Source: Candidatus Saccharimonadota bacterium (GTDB taxonomy: Bacteria; Patescibacteriota; Saccharimonadia; Saccharimonadales; Saccharimonadaceae). Taken from it: 64,000 nucleotides of DNA. The stretch is taken from assembly GCA_013333675.2 (NCBI GenBank), contig JABCOJ020000009.1:204-64203 (forward strand), given 5' to 3'. The position numbers were made by a program, and so were the translations under genes. The notes beneath the pieces were generated by a model that saw only the letters and a list, made by a program, of their open reading frames with translations, made no database searches and had not been told where the DNA came from. Of the stretch, positions 37,694 through 48,086 are shown piece by piece (the first letter of the stretch is position 1; every line of letters starts with the position of its first letter).

Positions 37694-38278
37694 ATGAAAA
37701 CCGAGTATGAAGCTAAATTTGTCAACATAAGTACCTCTGAGATTCGGCAGAAGCTGCGGTCTCTTGGCGGATCATCCGAAAAGCCTGAGCGGCTAATGCG
37801 GCGAGTGACAATTGACAGCCCCAAAATGAAGCAGAACAAAGGCTATTTGCGCGTCCGCGACGAGGGCGACTGCGTGACGATGACTTACAAGCAATTTGAC
37901 AAGCTATCCGTTGACGGCGCCAAAGAGCACGAGGTGAACGTCGATAATTTTGAAGAAACCATCGCTATCCTAGAGGCTGCTGGTCTCCCATATACCTCTT
38001 TCCAAGAGTCCAAACGCGAAACGTGGCGGTTAGGTGATGCTGAAATTGTCATCGATGAATGGCCATGGCTAGCGCCGTATATCGAAATCGAAGCGAATGA
38101 TGAACATGCAGTCAGGGAAACCGCCGAGGCTCTCGGTCTTTCATGGGGCGATGCAATTTTTGGCGATGTTATGGCGGCTTACCGAGCACAATATCCCCAC
38201 TTGACTCCATTTGATACCATCGCCTCAATACGAAACGTCACCTTTGATTCGCCCCTACCAGATATGCTTAAAAAGTAA
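37694..38278 (+). CDS. CYTH-domain protein
   Basis: EYEAK (ExExK), LRVRDE, MTYK, YIEIE motifs. Confidence 0.9.
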   Translation: MKTEYEAKFVNISTSEIRQKLRSLGGSSEKPERLMRRVTIDSPKMKQNKGYLRVRDEGDCVTMTYKQFDKLSVDGAKEHEVNVDNFEETIAILEAAGLPYTSFQESKRETWRLGDAEIVIDEWPWLAPYIEIEANDEHAVRETAEALGLSWGDAIFGDVMAAYRAQYPHLTPFDTIASIRNVTFDSPLPDMLKK

Positions 38279-38364
38279 CTACTGTATTTGTTGCATGCTT
38301 AGTCTAGTTTCGTCTACAAATACAAACTCATAGCAGACCGCCAATTTTCCCGTAAAATAGATCC

Positions 38365-38638
38365 TTGAAGCTCTACAACACCCTCACGCGCCACAAAGAT
38401 GAACTCCAGCCGCTCGATGGGTAGGCGGTTCGCATGTACACCTGCGGGCTGACGGTGTATTCGCAGCCGCACATCGGCAATTGGGTCGGCTATATCTATT
38501 GGGATGTGTTGGTGCGACTATTACGGGCAAGATATTCCAGTTGTCCGAACACAAAATATCACCGACGTTGGGCATTTGACCAGCGATGATGATGACGGTG
38601 AGGATAAGATGGAGAAGGGGGCGCGCCGCGAGGGCGTC
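38365..38638 (+). pseudogene. cysS: Cysteinyl-tRNA synthetase 5' fragment
   Basis: KLYNTLTR...[16 protein letters not shown]...NITDVGHL...GEDKM; TAG at 38422, a frameshift near 38527 and truncation. Confidence 0.9.
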
Positions 38639-38754
38639 ATACCATCAGGACGTCGCTCACTCATTAGTAACAACATTATACACTATATTGTTAATGCTGT
38701 CAATGCTTATGCCGTAGCTAACAGGGGAGTAGGACTATGGCTTTGATGGTACTT

Positions 38755-39660
38755 AACTTAACACCCTAACCGCAACAATTTGCCTTAAAGACTTCAAGCG
38801 GGGTTAAGCCGCCTAGACGCTTTCTGAGTCTGTTATTCAATATATTTTCTAGGTCTAATATACATTAGAGCCGTAAGCTTTTTGAAGTCAGCGCCTTTAG
38901 GATAAAAATCTCTAATTAGCCCATTAAAGTTTTCATTCCTGCCGCGCTGGCTGGATTTATACGGGTTAGCAAAGTAAATATCTGCAGCCAGTGTTTTCTC
39001 AAGCGGCACGGCCAGCTGCTAAACTCAGCCCCCATTGCCGTAAGTAATGGTGGCAACATTACTTTTGCCAAAGACTCTTTCAATATCCACCTTGGTTTGT
39101 TTGGTAATACTGGTGGCATTGTAGCCAATAACTAAACTAATAGAGCCTAATCCGGACTTACGCTCGGTATGGGTTAATAGTCTATCTTTAGTATCTAGTC
39201 CAAAGATGGTATCTCCCTCCAGATCGGTATAACTTTCTAAATTATCTATACTTGCCGGCCGGTCATGAATAGAATGCTTGCCTCTATTGGTATTGTTGTA
39301 TGGTAATTTAGCAGTATTCTTAAATGGTTTACCACGCCTACGGAGCGAACTAATTGCCTTTCTTACCGCTCATTGCCATTAAGACTATAGATGTAACGGC
39401 AGACGGCCATGCGGGATACGGGGCGAAGCCCCGTATCTCCTGTCCAGCCATCGTCATCTTTAAGAGCTTGGCCTGCCAATATGGCATCTATTCGCAGGGA
39501 GATTTGTTCCGGCGACCATCGCAACTTGAGTTTAGCCTTAATATATGCCAGTGTCCGGGCATATATTGGTTCAGTCAGTTTCTTACTAGTCCTAAAGACG
39601 CCCGAATGGTGTTTAGCAGCATATTATATACTTGTTGTTAGACGCGTTTCTAACGTCCTT
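38755..39660 (-). pseudogene. Decayed IS30-family transposase
   Basis: Minus-strand fragments [50 protein letters not shown] across several frameshifts and stops. Confidence 0.85.
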
Positions 39661-39850
39661 GCCGGTTAATTGGCTTTCCAAAAATCCATTAAACCACGGG
39701 GCTAAATTGGAAAGCAAGTCTCCTCGCAGGAGTATGTACTCGGTACATTCTCCTTTTTTTGGGAGCATTACGTTTACTCCCAATGACACCTTGCGCGAGT
39801 GCGAGCGGAGAGCGGAGTCCGATACTCCCGTCATCGCCCCATGACAGTTG

Positions 39851-39907
39851 AGCCGCCCCAGACATAAGCTGTCTGTTCACGCTCCTGTCTGGGGCGGCTT
39901 TTCTTTT
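39851..39907 (+). terminator. Strong terminator-like hairpin
   Basis: Perfect 14-bp stem AGCCGCCCCAGACA/TGTCTGGGGCGGCT followed by a T-run. Confidence 0.8.
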
Positions 39908-39917
39908 GGAATAGGAA

Positions 39918-41076
39918 TGACCAAACTCAAAAAGGTCATAGGCACATTCCTTTAGTAAAATAGTTATTGAAACCAACTAATTTTTCTAAGGAGGAGTAGC
40001 TATGAGCATATGCACTAGCCAGTCTATGACCTTGACTACAATTTTACCAAATAACGCCCGACTTGCGCGAATCAATCCGGTTAGACTATTGAGTGAGGCT
40101 AAGTTTAGACTGCGCTTCATTGAACATTATCTAAACACCTCAAAGAATGCTAGTGAAACCTGTCGTTTGTTTGGTATTGCTCGTAGTCTTTTCTACAAAT
40201 GGTACAACCGCTACGACCCATACAATCTATCTAGCCTAGAGAATAAGTCATCTAAGCCGCACAAAGTCCGCTCAGTATCGTACTCGCTCAAACTGGTTAG
40301 CGTTATTCGCCAACTGCGCCAGTCTAAGGATACGGCACTCTACTCTGCTCACAAGATAGCCTTAGTCTTAAAGCGAGACTATCCAAAAGACACTAACTTT
40401 CATGTTTCAGCCGCTACCGTAGGGCGCATTATTAAGCGGTTCAAGCTGTTCTTTAGCGAAGTAGTTAGACACGTCAAAAAGCGTAAAACCAACCAGAGCG
40501 CAATCCAACCCACCAGAAAGCGTAAGCCAGCTGGTATCCATAAAACCATCTCTAAAGCACGTCAGCTCATTAGAGTTCGACATGAAGCACGTTTATGCCT
40601 CTAGCCGGAAGTACTATGCCTTCTGCGCCATTGACGTATTCACCAGAGAAGCGGTTATTCATGTCGCCAAAAGTGCTTCTAGCCGCCAAGCCAAACTAGC
40701 TCTAGAGAAAGCAGTATCCGTATTTGGTAGGGACATAGCCGTCCTTAACGACAACGGCAGCGAAAACCTCGGCCAGTCTTACCAGTACCTCGAACAAAAC
40801 GGCATCACCCAATACTTTGCCCGGCCACACCAACCCAAAGACAAACCTTACGTCGAAAGGTTCATCGGCAGCTACCAACGCGAATGCCTTAACCAATGGC
40901 AACGCGACATCCACAACCTAGCCGACCTGGATACCTACACCACCCGCTGGCTTAACAACTACCACTACCATCGTCCGCACAACAGCCTAAACGGCCTCAC
41001 ACCCGACGAGTTCTGTGCTACACTAAACCTAACTATTACACGACGGAGAGTGTCTATGGGGTGGTGAGTTTGGACA
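39918..41076 (+). mobile_element. IS481-like insertion sequence with frameshifted transposase (40002-41067)
   Basis: HTH (TCRLFGIARSLFYKW) plus DDE core (EFD, NDNGSE, VERF, YHYHRPH); imperfect terminal IRs TGACCAAACTCA/TGAGTTTGGACA; flanks TAGGAA and TAGGAT; frameshift near 40570. Confidence 0.82.
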
Positions 41077-41141
41077 TAGGATTTGCACTCGTTTTATATT
41101 CGTCGTACACTGGAATTGACGGTAATTTCATGAGGGAACGA

Positions 41142-42083
41142 ATGAGAACGCAAGAACATGCATATCTTGATTTGCTGCGCGATGTGCGTGATAATGGTGA
41201 GAGTAAGGATGATCGTACCGGTACAGGTACGCGCAGCGTGTTCGGGCGGCAGATACGGTTCGATCTGTCGAGCGGCGAGTTTCCCGCACTCACAACGAAA
41301 CGGCTCTATTTTGACACTTGCAAGCGCGAGTTGTTATGGTTTTTAAGCGGCGACCGCAATCTAGAAGCGCTCGCACGGCAGAATGTACACATTTGGGACA
41401 GCTGGCCGTACCGGCATTACGTAGAGGCGACAGAGGGGCGCCAGGTGTCTCCAGAAGAAACGTCTACACCGGAGTGGCGTAGCGGCATGAAAGCGTTTAT
41501 CGGACGCATTGCGACGGACCACGCTTTTGCCGAGCAATGGGGCGATTTAGGCCCGGTTTACGGCTATCAGTGGCGGCATTGGCCAGACGGAAAGGGCGGC
41601 GAAATCGACCAAATCCAGCGCGCTGTCGACACGATCAAAACGAACCCGGCTAGCCGGCGCAACATTGTGAGCGCGTGGAATGCCGCCGATATTGACGAGA
41701 TGGCAGTAGCGGGGCTGCCGCCATGCCATACAATGTTCCAGTTCAACGTGCGCGGCGATCGCCTAGATTGTCAATTATACCAGCGTAGCGCTGATATGTT
41801 TTTGGGTGTGCCGTTCAATATTGCTAGCTATGCGCTATTGCTCTGCATGATGGCGCATGTCACCGAGCTCAAACCGGGCGAGTTTGTCCATACGTTCGGT
41901 GACGCGCATATCTATAATAATCACATTACGCAGGTTGATGAACAGCTTAGCCGCGAGCCGTTGCCGCTGCCAAGGCTATGGTTGAATCCAGAGGTTGATA
42001 ACATTTTCGAGTTTGCGCCGGACGACATTAAACTTGTCGGCTATCAGCATTGTCCGAGTATCAAAGCGCCAGTAGCAGTGTAA
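41142..42083 (+). CDS. thyA: Thymidylate synthase
   Basis: DRTGTGT, LPPCH, YQRSAD.FLGVPFN, GDAHIY motifs; alternative start at 41130. Confidence 0.97.
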   Translation: MRTQEHAYLDLLRDVRDNGESKDDRTGTGTRSVFGRQIRFDLSSGEFPALTTKRLYFDTCKRELLWFLSGDRNLEALARQNVHIWDSWPYRHYVEATEGRQVSPEETSTPEWRSGMKAFIGRIATDHAFAEQWGDLGPVYGYQWRHWPDGKGGEIDQIQRAVDTIKTNPASRRNIVSAWNAADIDEMAVAGLPPCHTMFQFNVRGDRLDCQLYQRSADMFLGVPFNIASYALLLCMMAHVTELKPGEFVHTFGDAHIYNNHITQVDEQLSREPLPLPRLWLNPEVDNIFEFAPDDIKLVGYQHCPSIKAPVAV

Positions 42084-42112
42084 TCACAGTTAGACCCGCA
42101 GGGCTACATGTA

Positions 42113-42595
42113 TTACGCACGCTTATACGTCACGAAACTATACGCGTACCGATTCGCATCGTCTGCCGGAAACGATTGGCGTCCGCACTCATGCCAGCTG
42201 TCGTCAAGCGGCGGAAAGTAACGGTCGATGCCAGTAAACGAATAATTGACTTCAGTTGCGTAAATAACGTCGCAATCCGCCAGTGCTTGCTTATAAACAC
42301 TCGCGCCGCCGATTACACACGGCTGATGCTGCGCGATTTCATATGCTCGCGCCAGGCTACCAACAGCTATAACGTCTGCCGCGCCAAGCGCCCGATGCGT
42401 CACGACGATATTCTCGCGCTGCGGCAGCGCTCGTCCAATCGACTCAAACGTTGCGCGCCCCATGATGATTGATTTACCTATTGTCAGCGTGCGAAAATGT
42501 TTCAGATCAGCCGGCAGCGCCCGTCCCCACGGCAAATCGCCGCGCGCGCCGATACCACGGTTTCTATCGTACGCCACGACAATACATTTTTCCAT
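42113..42595 (-). CDS. folA: Dihydrofolate reductase
   Basis: GDLPW, IMGRATFESI, LP.R.N, VIGG, D.YFP motifs. Confidence 0.95.
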   Translation of the reverse strand: MEKCIVVAYDRNRGIGARGDLPWGRALPADLKHFRTLTIGKSIIMGRATFESIGRALPQRENIVVTHRALGAADVIAVGSLARAYEIAQHQPCVIGGASVYKQALADCDVIYATEVNYSFTGIDRYFPPLDDSWHECGRQSFPADDANRYAYSFVTYKRA

Positions 42596-42633
42596 ACGTT
42601 CATGATACAATATTGGTAACGTTAGGGGAAATT

Positions 42634-43371
42634 GTGCAGGAATCAACGGCTATTTATAGCGACATTGAGATAAAAAAAGCGCTTGCGAGCGGGCATATTG
42701 TGTGCGATCCGGCACCCGCGCGAATCAACGGCTCAAGTATCGACGTGACGCTTGGCTATTATTTTTACTACGCTGGCGGCGCCAAAAACGGCGATGCGCT
42801 ATTCAACCCGTTCGACCAGGCGGACGTTAAGCGGTATTTTGGCGCGTACAACATCGCGAAACCATGGCGCGACGCGCGGAAACGTTTGGCGAGCTCAATT
42901 GCAAATATCGCAGAGATTACTAACATTCCCAACGACCACCCCGTTATCGTTTTGCGGCCGAATGAACGGATTCTCGCGCATACGCATGAATTTATCGGTA
43001 TTTTGCCGCCTGGCACAACCAGTATGCAGGCGCGCAGCACTACAGGGCGCATTGGTATATCGGCGTGCTATTGCGCGGGATGGGGCGATCCGGGCTATAT
43101 CAACCGTTGGACAATGGAAATTCATAATCTCAATGAGCGCGAACATATCGTATTGCCCGTTGGCTATCGTATCGCGCAAATTGTCTTCAGCGCTACCGGC
43201 CCGGTTGAGACAGAATATTCGCGCGCTTCGGGCAACTATCAATCTGCGCCAAGCGCCGACCTTGCTGCTATCAAAGCTGCTTGGCGCCCCGATATGTTGT
43301 TGCCGCGCGCTTACGCATCGCCCGTTAAGCTGCCGCGGGTAGTTGAGGGGCTTGCTGAAGGATTACTATAA
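42634..43371 (+). CDS. dcd: dCTP deaminase
   Basis: SIDVTLG, ARSTTGRIG, AGWGDPGY...TMEI, RIAQIVF motifs. Confidence 0.9.
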   Translation: MQESTAIYSDIEIKKALASGHIVCDPAPARINGSSIDVTLGYYFYYAGGAKNGDALFNPFDQADVKRYFGAYNIAKPWRDARKRLASSIANIAEITNIPNDHPVIVLRPNERILAHTHEFIGILPPGTTSMQARSTTGRIGISACYCAGWGDPGYINRWTMEIHNLNEREHIVLPVGYRIAQIVFSATGPVETEYSRASGNYQSAPSADLAAIKAAWRPDMLLPRAYASPVKLPRVVEGLAEGLL

Positions 43372-44024
43372 TGATTACGCGCGGGCGCTATATTGTCATC
43401 GAGGGGAATGATGGCACGGGAAAATCGACGCAAGTCCGCCTTTTGCAAACATATTTCCATGAGCAGGGGCGTAGCGTGGTAACTATTGAGGAGCCAGGCG
43501 GCGGCTCAGCACCTACGACGCCTGCCGCGCGTTATCTGCGCGCGGTTATCAAAAATGGACGGCTGCAGCGCGATCCAGAAATTAATCTGGCATTGTTCAG
43601 CGCGGCGCGGCGAGAATTGTGGCAGCACAGCATTGCGCCAGCGCTTGAGCGGGATGCAGTCGTACTGGCGGCGCGTAATTATCTCTCGACGCTCGCGTAC
43701 CAAGGCTACGGCGAAGGGCTTGACCTTGATCATATTCGCAAAACGACCGCGCTTTTCACTGATGCGCGTTATATGGCGCCGGATCATATAGTTGTTCTGA
43801 CTATGAACGACGACGCCGAGCGCAAACGCCGCCTCGCCGAACGTAGCAGTTCAGTGCGTCTTGACGCGTTCGAATCGCGCGCTGATGATTTTCAGTATAG
43901 CGTAAATAACGGTTACGCTGCGCTCGCCCGCGATATGGTGCTGCCCGTCGTTGAGTGTATCGCGCCGGATCACCGCAAGACGCCGGCAGAGATTCAGGCG
44001 GAGATTTTACGGATTATTTCGTAG
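43371..44024 (+). CDS. tmk: Thymidylate kinase
   Basis: IEGNDGTGKSTQ, EPGG, STLAYQG motifs. Confidence 0.94.
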   Translation: MITRGRYIVIEGNDGTGKSTQVRLLQTYFHEQGRSVVTIEEPGGGSAPTTPAARYLRAVIKNGRLQRDPEINLALFSAARRELWQHSIAPALERDAVVLAARNYLSTLAYQGYGEGLDLDHIRKTTALFTDARYMAPDHIVVLTMNDDAERKRRLAERSSSVRLDAFESRADDFQYSVNNGYAALARDMVLPVVECIAPDHRKTPAEIQAEILRIIS

Positions 44025-44034
44025 CAGGAATCAA

Positions 44035-45009
44035 TTAGTCGGCGCTGCTTGCGCTGCTGCCAGATGCGATCCTGCGTGCTTCTACAATTTCTGGGTATTT
44101 TCGACAAAACTCTTCATTATACGCTGCCCGCTCCGCTTCATACCGGCGCTGCTGCTCTTGTCGAACGGTTTGGCTCACTGCGTAGAATGTCGTTGAAATT
44201 GGAATTGCCGCATCACTATCAATTACTGCCGATATACGCGTATCTAAATCATCAACGTTTGCGAGCATCTCAGCCCACGCCTCGGTGCCGTGCGACCTGT
44301 CCGCCGATAAAATCTCCGCTCGAACATCTTTTGATAAATTCGCAAGCGGCAATACATAGGATTCGCGCAGCATAATTCGCGTATCAATCTCGCATGTCGC
44401 TACGTTCGTGCGGCGCGTCACCAAAACTGCTTCCGGCGCCTTTTTCGCGTCTGTTATGTCTACGTTGAATGCCCGGAATTTAATGCGTTCATTTCGCTCG
44501 CACTGTTCATTCGCGCCAACCTCGGCAAAGGTTTCAGCTATCGCCGCGTGCATGCGTTCAAGCAAATGCTCGTCGTTTCCCGTTACGCGCGCTAGCTCCA
44601 CCGATCCCATGCCGATTGCCCGCCGCAAGTATAACAGTTCAGTTGGCGTCGCTAGACCATCAAGTGCTTTAGCTTCAACCCATTCAAGCTCCCTGCCGGC
44701 AAGCGGCGCTTCGCCCTCAATACATTCGTTCAAACGGCTCTCGTAATTCTGCTGATTCTTCGTCGTATGCCGAGCGCCGCGCGACAGCAGGTGCAGCTGC
44801 ACGAAATCGCGGACGGCTGGCGATGTATCGGGGTCCAAACAAGCAAGTACGCGCTCTGCCAGCGTATTTTGAACATCGCGCCATAAATCGCAGTTCTCTG
44901 ATTTAATACGTAGCGGCGTCGCGCTGTAATCCAGCCAGTGCGCTAGCAATATATCACGCGGCTGCTGATACTCCTCGCGCGCCGGCGCTAAACAACGGGA
45001 TTTTATCAT
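44035..45009 (-). CDS. Hypothetical protein
   Basis: 324-aa ORF; no recognisable motif. Confidence 0.7.
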   Translation of the reverse strand: MIKSRCLAPAREEYQQPRDILLAHWLDYSATPLRIKSENCDLWRDVQNTLAERVLACLDPDTSPAVRDFVQLHLLSRGARHTTKNQQNYESRLNECIEGEAPLAGRELEWVEAKALDGLATPTELLYLRRAIGMGSVELARVTGNDEHLLERMHAAIAETFAEVGANEQCERNERIKFRAFNVDITDAKKAPEAVLVTRRTNVATCEIDTRIMLRESYVLPLANLSKDVRAEILSADRSHGTEAWAEMLANVDDLDTRISAVIDSDAAIPISTTFYAVSQTVRQEQQRRYEAERAAYNEEFCRKYPEIVEARRIASGSSASSAD

Positions 45010-45097
45010 ACCAAATGCGTATTTTACTAGAAAAATTACTATCTGTCAATACTATTCTTGTAATCTTGGCGTGTTTCTGCTACAATGCTAGCTAAGA

Positions 45098-45206
45098 CAT
45101 TGCCAAAGACCGTAGCGGGCGAGCCGTGAAAAGCGAAGCGCCGATAAGAATGCTACCGAGGGAATTACTCCGCTTTTCGTCTTTGCGCATGCAGGGGCGT
45201 TTTTTG
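45098..45206 (+). promoter_or_regulatory. L10-leader-like RNA with attenuator hairpin
   Basis: CCAAAGACCGTAGC...TAA...GCTACCGAGG resembles the L10 leader consensus; followed by CGTCTTTGC-GCAT-GCAGGGGCG-TTTTTT; upstream of rplJ. Confidence 0.72.
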
Positions 45207-45266
45207 TCAGTGTCGCACCTTAACAATGCGGTCTCATTTATCAAAGCAAACGAAAGGATTTTGTCT

Positions 45267-45791
45267 ATGGCGATTAGCAAAGACAAGAAACAAGCTTTGG
45301 TCGCAGAAATGAGCGAGCTGTTCGCGAACGCGAAAAGCACGGCTGTCGCAAAATACCAGGGAATCAGCGTGGCTGAATTGCAGGAATTGCGTAAAAACGC
45401 ACGCGAAGCCGGCGTTGTCATCAAAGTGGTGAAGAACCGCCTGGTGCGCGTTGCGATGAGTAAAAGTGACACCTATGAAAGCACCGATACAACGGCGCTC
45501 ACAGGACAGTTGCTTTATGCTGTATCGCAGGACGATGAAGTTATGCCTGCTAAGGTGCTGAATGATTTTGCCAAAACTCATCCAGCACTTGAGCTCGTCG
45601 CTGGCTTCAGCGGTGAAGGCGTGGCGCAAAGCACCGCTGAAGTAACGGCGCTTGCCGGCTTGCCAAGCAAGAATCAGCTTATTGCCGAAACAGTGGCGCA
45701 ATTGCTCTCGCCGGTTCACGACGTTACAAACGCGCTTTCCGGCAATCTTCATGCGCTGCTTGATGGTGTCGCCGATAAAGCTGCTGCGTAA
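45267..45791 (+). CDS. rplJ: 50S ribosomal protein uL10
   Basis: KVVKNRL, LA.LPSK..L motifs; precedes rplL. Confidence 0.95.
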   Translation: MAISKDKKQALVAEMSELFANAKSTAVAKYQGISVAELQELRKNAREAGVVIKVVKNRLVRVAMSKSDTYESTDTTALTGQLLYAVSQDDEVMPAKVLNDFAKTHPALELVAGFSGEGVAQSTAEVTALAGLPSKNQLIAETVAQLLSPVHDVTNALSGNLHALLDGVADKAAA

Positions 45792-45839
45792 GAACCAAAG
45801 TTTAGTATTAATGTTAGAAAATACCAAAGGAGAAATTCT

Positions 45840-46217
45840 ATGGCAGATGTAAAGAAACTTGCCGAAGAGCTGACTAAATTGACAGTTCTAGAGGTGAACG
45901 AATTAAAAACCGTTTTGAAAGAAGAATACGGCATTGAGCCGGCTGCTGCTGCGGTTGCAGTCGCTGGTCCGGCTGCTGACGCGGGCGCTGCTGCCGCCGA
46001 CGAAAAAACCGAATTTACCGTCACATTAAAGGACGCTGGTTCGCAAAAAGTTGCCGTTATCAAAGCGGTGAAGGAGCTAACTGGACTTGGTCTCGGTGAA
46101 GCTAAAGCGCTTGTTGACAATGCGCCAAGCCCGATCAAAGAGAAAGTCTCAAAAGACGAAGCCGAGGCTGCTAAAAAAGCTCTGGAAGACGCTGGCGCGG
46201 CCGTCGAACTGGCGTAA
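45840..46217 (+). CDS. rplL: 50S ribosomal protein bL12
   Basis: [25 protein letters not shown] motifs. Confidence 0.98.
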   Translation: MADVKKLAEELTKLTVLEVNELKTVLKEEYGIEPAAAAVAVAGPAADAGAAAADEKTEFTVTLKDAGSQKVAVIKAVKELTGLGLGEAKALVDNAPSPIKEKVSKDEAEAAKKALEDAGAAVELA

Positions 46218-46255
46218 GCTTACTTCTACATATCTACGGAGATCGCATTGTTATT

Positions 46256-46298
46256 ACTAAATTACTCCGCTCTAAAATAGGGCGGGGTAATTTTAGTT
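46256..46298 (+). terminator. Terminator after rplL
   Basis: AATTACTCCGCTCTA...TAGGGCGGGGTAATTTTT hairpin. Confidence 0.7.
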
Positions 46299-46396
46299 GA
46301 TCTCATTGTGAATAACTTCGAGCATATTCATCATTTATTGATTAATGTAACGCAAAATGCTTATATAGTAATATAATTATAGGGAGTAAGTAAAAG

Positions 46397-47560
46397 ATGG
46401 CTAATTTAGAGCTCAGATCAAAGAAAGACTATTCGCCAGTCACTACAGCCGGAATTGAAATCACGAGAGACATAAGCGAGTGGTATGAATTGGCAGATAG
46501 ATACAAAGTACAGCCTGAAGAAATTGGACTTATAGATTTAAATCGGAGCGGCATCCACCTCCCAGACGGCGAAATACCTGAGAATTTTCGAGCAAGATTT
46601 ATCGGAACGGTAAATTATGGAAACGATCTCTCGTGGTTCGCTCTACCCGTTAGAAGACGCGAAGATACAATGTTTCAAGCAAGAGAGGGGGCTATTTATT
46701 TCAACGATAAACAAATTGGATTCATAGACGGTTCAATCGAGCTTGACACGTGTGACACGTCTTACCAACGAGGTCCTCACCTCCTAAACCTCAATAGCCG
46801 CAGCAGGAGTAACTGTGCTGGGTATAGAGCGTGCGTCCATAACGATAAAACACTATACGATAAACGAGTTATAAAAGATCGTCATGAACTTACTACTTAT
46901 GAGGACTTAGAGAAATTTTTTGACACTAAGTCTGCTGAGGGGCTAGAGATAGATAAACTGAAACAGATAGCAGTAGTTACGGGGTTATTTGGAGGTGAAG
47001 CTAACGTTGTAAACCATATGAGGCAAATACATAAAATAATAGAACCGAGGGGTTTTAGAGGTGAGTTAATGTATTTTGGCTGTGAAGTTAATAGCGATGA
47101 AGCGCTACGAGAATTGTCTAATCTCGGTAATACCTCTCTCGTCTATGCAGTAGATAACTTCACAAATAGAGCTAAGTTTCTTGCCCCTTTTAAAGCCGGT
47201 ATTAGTCTAGATGATGCGCATAGTACGATGGCTCGAGCTAGGGCTTTGGGCATGGAAACCTCGTTTGCGTATATCGCAGGCGTAGATGATATTGAAAGCA
47301 TGCATGCTGGTATGAAACTATTCAAAGACGTGTCTTCGCGCTTTCCGATAATTAATGTATTTCATGTACAAACGAGAGTTCAGGGGAAAGTCATGAACGA
47401 GGAGGCGAAGCATCTTGAATATTATTTAAAAGCCAGGGCATTAGTTGAAGATGTATTTCAAGATACATCACTCAGACCTAGAAGATGGGAGAACTACCGA
47501 CCGCTATGGTATAAGACTTTTGGTAACGAGCTATTAAACACCAGCCCTTTCGGAGAATAG
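46397..47560 (+). CDS. Radical SAM-like protein resembling NikJ/PolH; Fe-S motif altered (CxxYxxC)
   Basis: LNLNSRSRSNCAGYRAC and C-terminal RPRRWENYRPLWY; family resemblance recalled, not searched; AT-rich. Confidence 0.6.
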   Translation: MANLELRSKKDYSPVTTAGIEITRDISEWYELADRYKVQPEEIGLIDLNRSGIHLPDGEIPENFRARFIGTVNYGNDLSWFALPVRRREDTMFQAREGAIYFNDKQIGFIDGSIELDTCDTSYQRGPHLLNLNSRSRSNCAGYRACVHNDKTLYDKRVIKDRHELTTYEDLEKFFDTKSAEGLEIDKLKQIAVVTGLFGGEANVVNHMRQIHKIIEPRGFRGELMYFGCEVNSDEALRELSNLGNTSLVYAVDNFTNRAKFLAPFKAGISLDDAHSTMARARALGMETSFAYIAGVDDIESMHAGMKLFKDVSSRFPIINVFHVQTRVQGKVMNEEAKHLEYYLKARALVEDVFQDTSLRPRRWENYRPLWYKTFGNELLNTSPFGE

Positions 47561-47564
47561 CCGT

Positions 47565-48086
47565 ATGGTTGTCGTAATTAATCCGCCCAATGAAGTGTAT
47601 GTTAAATTATTTGATGAACTTGCGTTTCATTTGCGCGCAATATTACCGAAGCGGCAAATTCATCATGTCGGCAGTACAGCCGTTCCAGGACTCGCCGGCA
47701 AAAACATTATTGACATACTGGTTTCAGCGCGTAACATTCACGATATTGCAGCGATAAAACGCCGCCTACAAAAAGCTGATTTTTTCCCTGGGTCACATAG
47801 CGACCCTACGAACGGCTATGTATTTATGGCGTCGCGGCGCGAAGAAACAAGCGCAGGCGACATCCATATCCATATCGCAGCCATTGGCACGGCGCGCCAT
47901 GGCGATTTTTTGCTGCTGCGCGATTATTTGCGCGCCCACCCTGAAGAAGCTAAAGCGTACGCCGCAGCAAAATCTGTAATCGTACGCGATACGAACGGCG
48001 ACCGCAGCCAGTATAAATTGCGTAAGAGTAAATACGTTGCTGAATTACTTAGGCGAGCGCGGCGCTGGAAATATAATCATAATTAA
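47565..48086 (+). CDS. GrpB/UPF0157-family protein
   Basis: HVGSTAVPGLAGK.IIDI, HIH, RDYLR.HP...AY...K, Y...K motifs. Confidence 0.92.
   Translation: MVVVINPPNEVYVKLFDELAFHLRAILPKRQIHHVGSTAVPGLAGKNIIDILVSARNIHDIAAIKRRLQKADFFPGSHSDPTNGYVFMASRREETSAGDIHIHIAAIGTARHGDFLLLRDYLRAHPEEAKAYAAAKSVIVRDTNGDRSQYKLRKSKYVAELLRRARRWKYNHN

Noticed and set aside
38422..38424. In-frame TAG in cysS as stop-codon recoding
   Set aside because: The fragment also has a frameshift and truncation, and TAG ends many normal genes in this window.
41061..41129. N-terminal extensions of thyA (similarly folA, dcd, rplJ, rplK and the 26829 kinase ORF)
   Set aside because: The upstream starts fall in IS ends, promoters or leader RNAs; homology begins at the downstream starts given.
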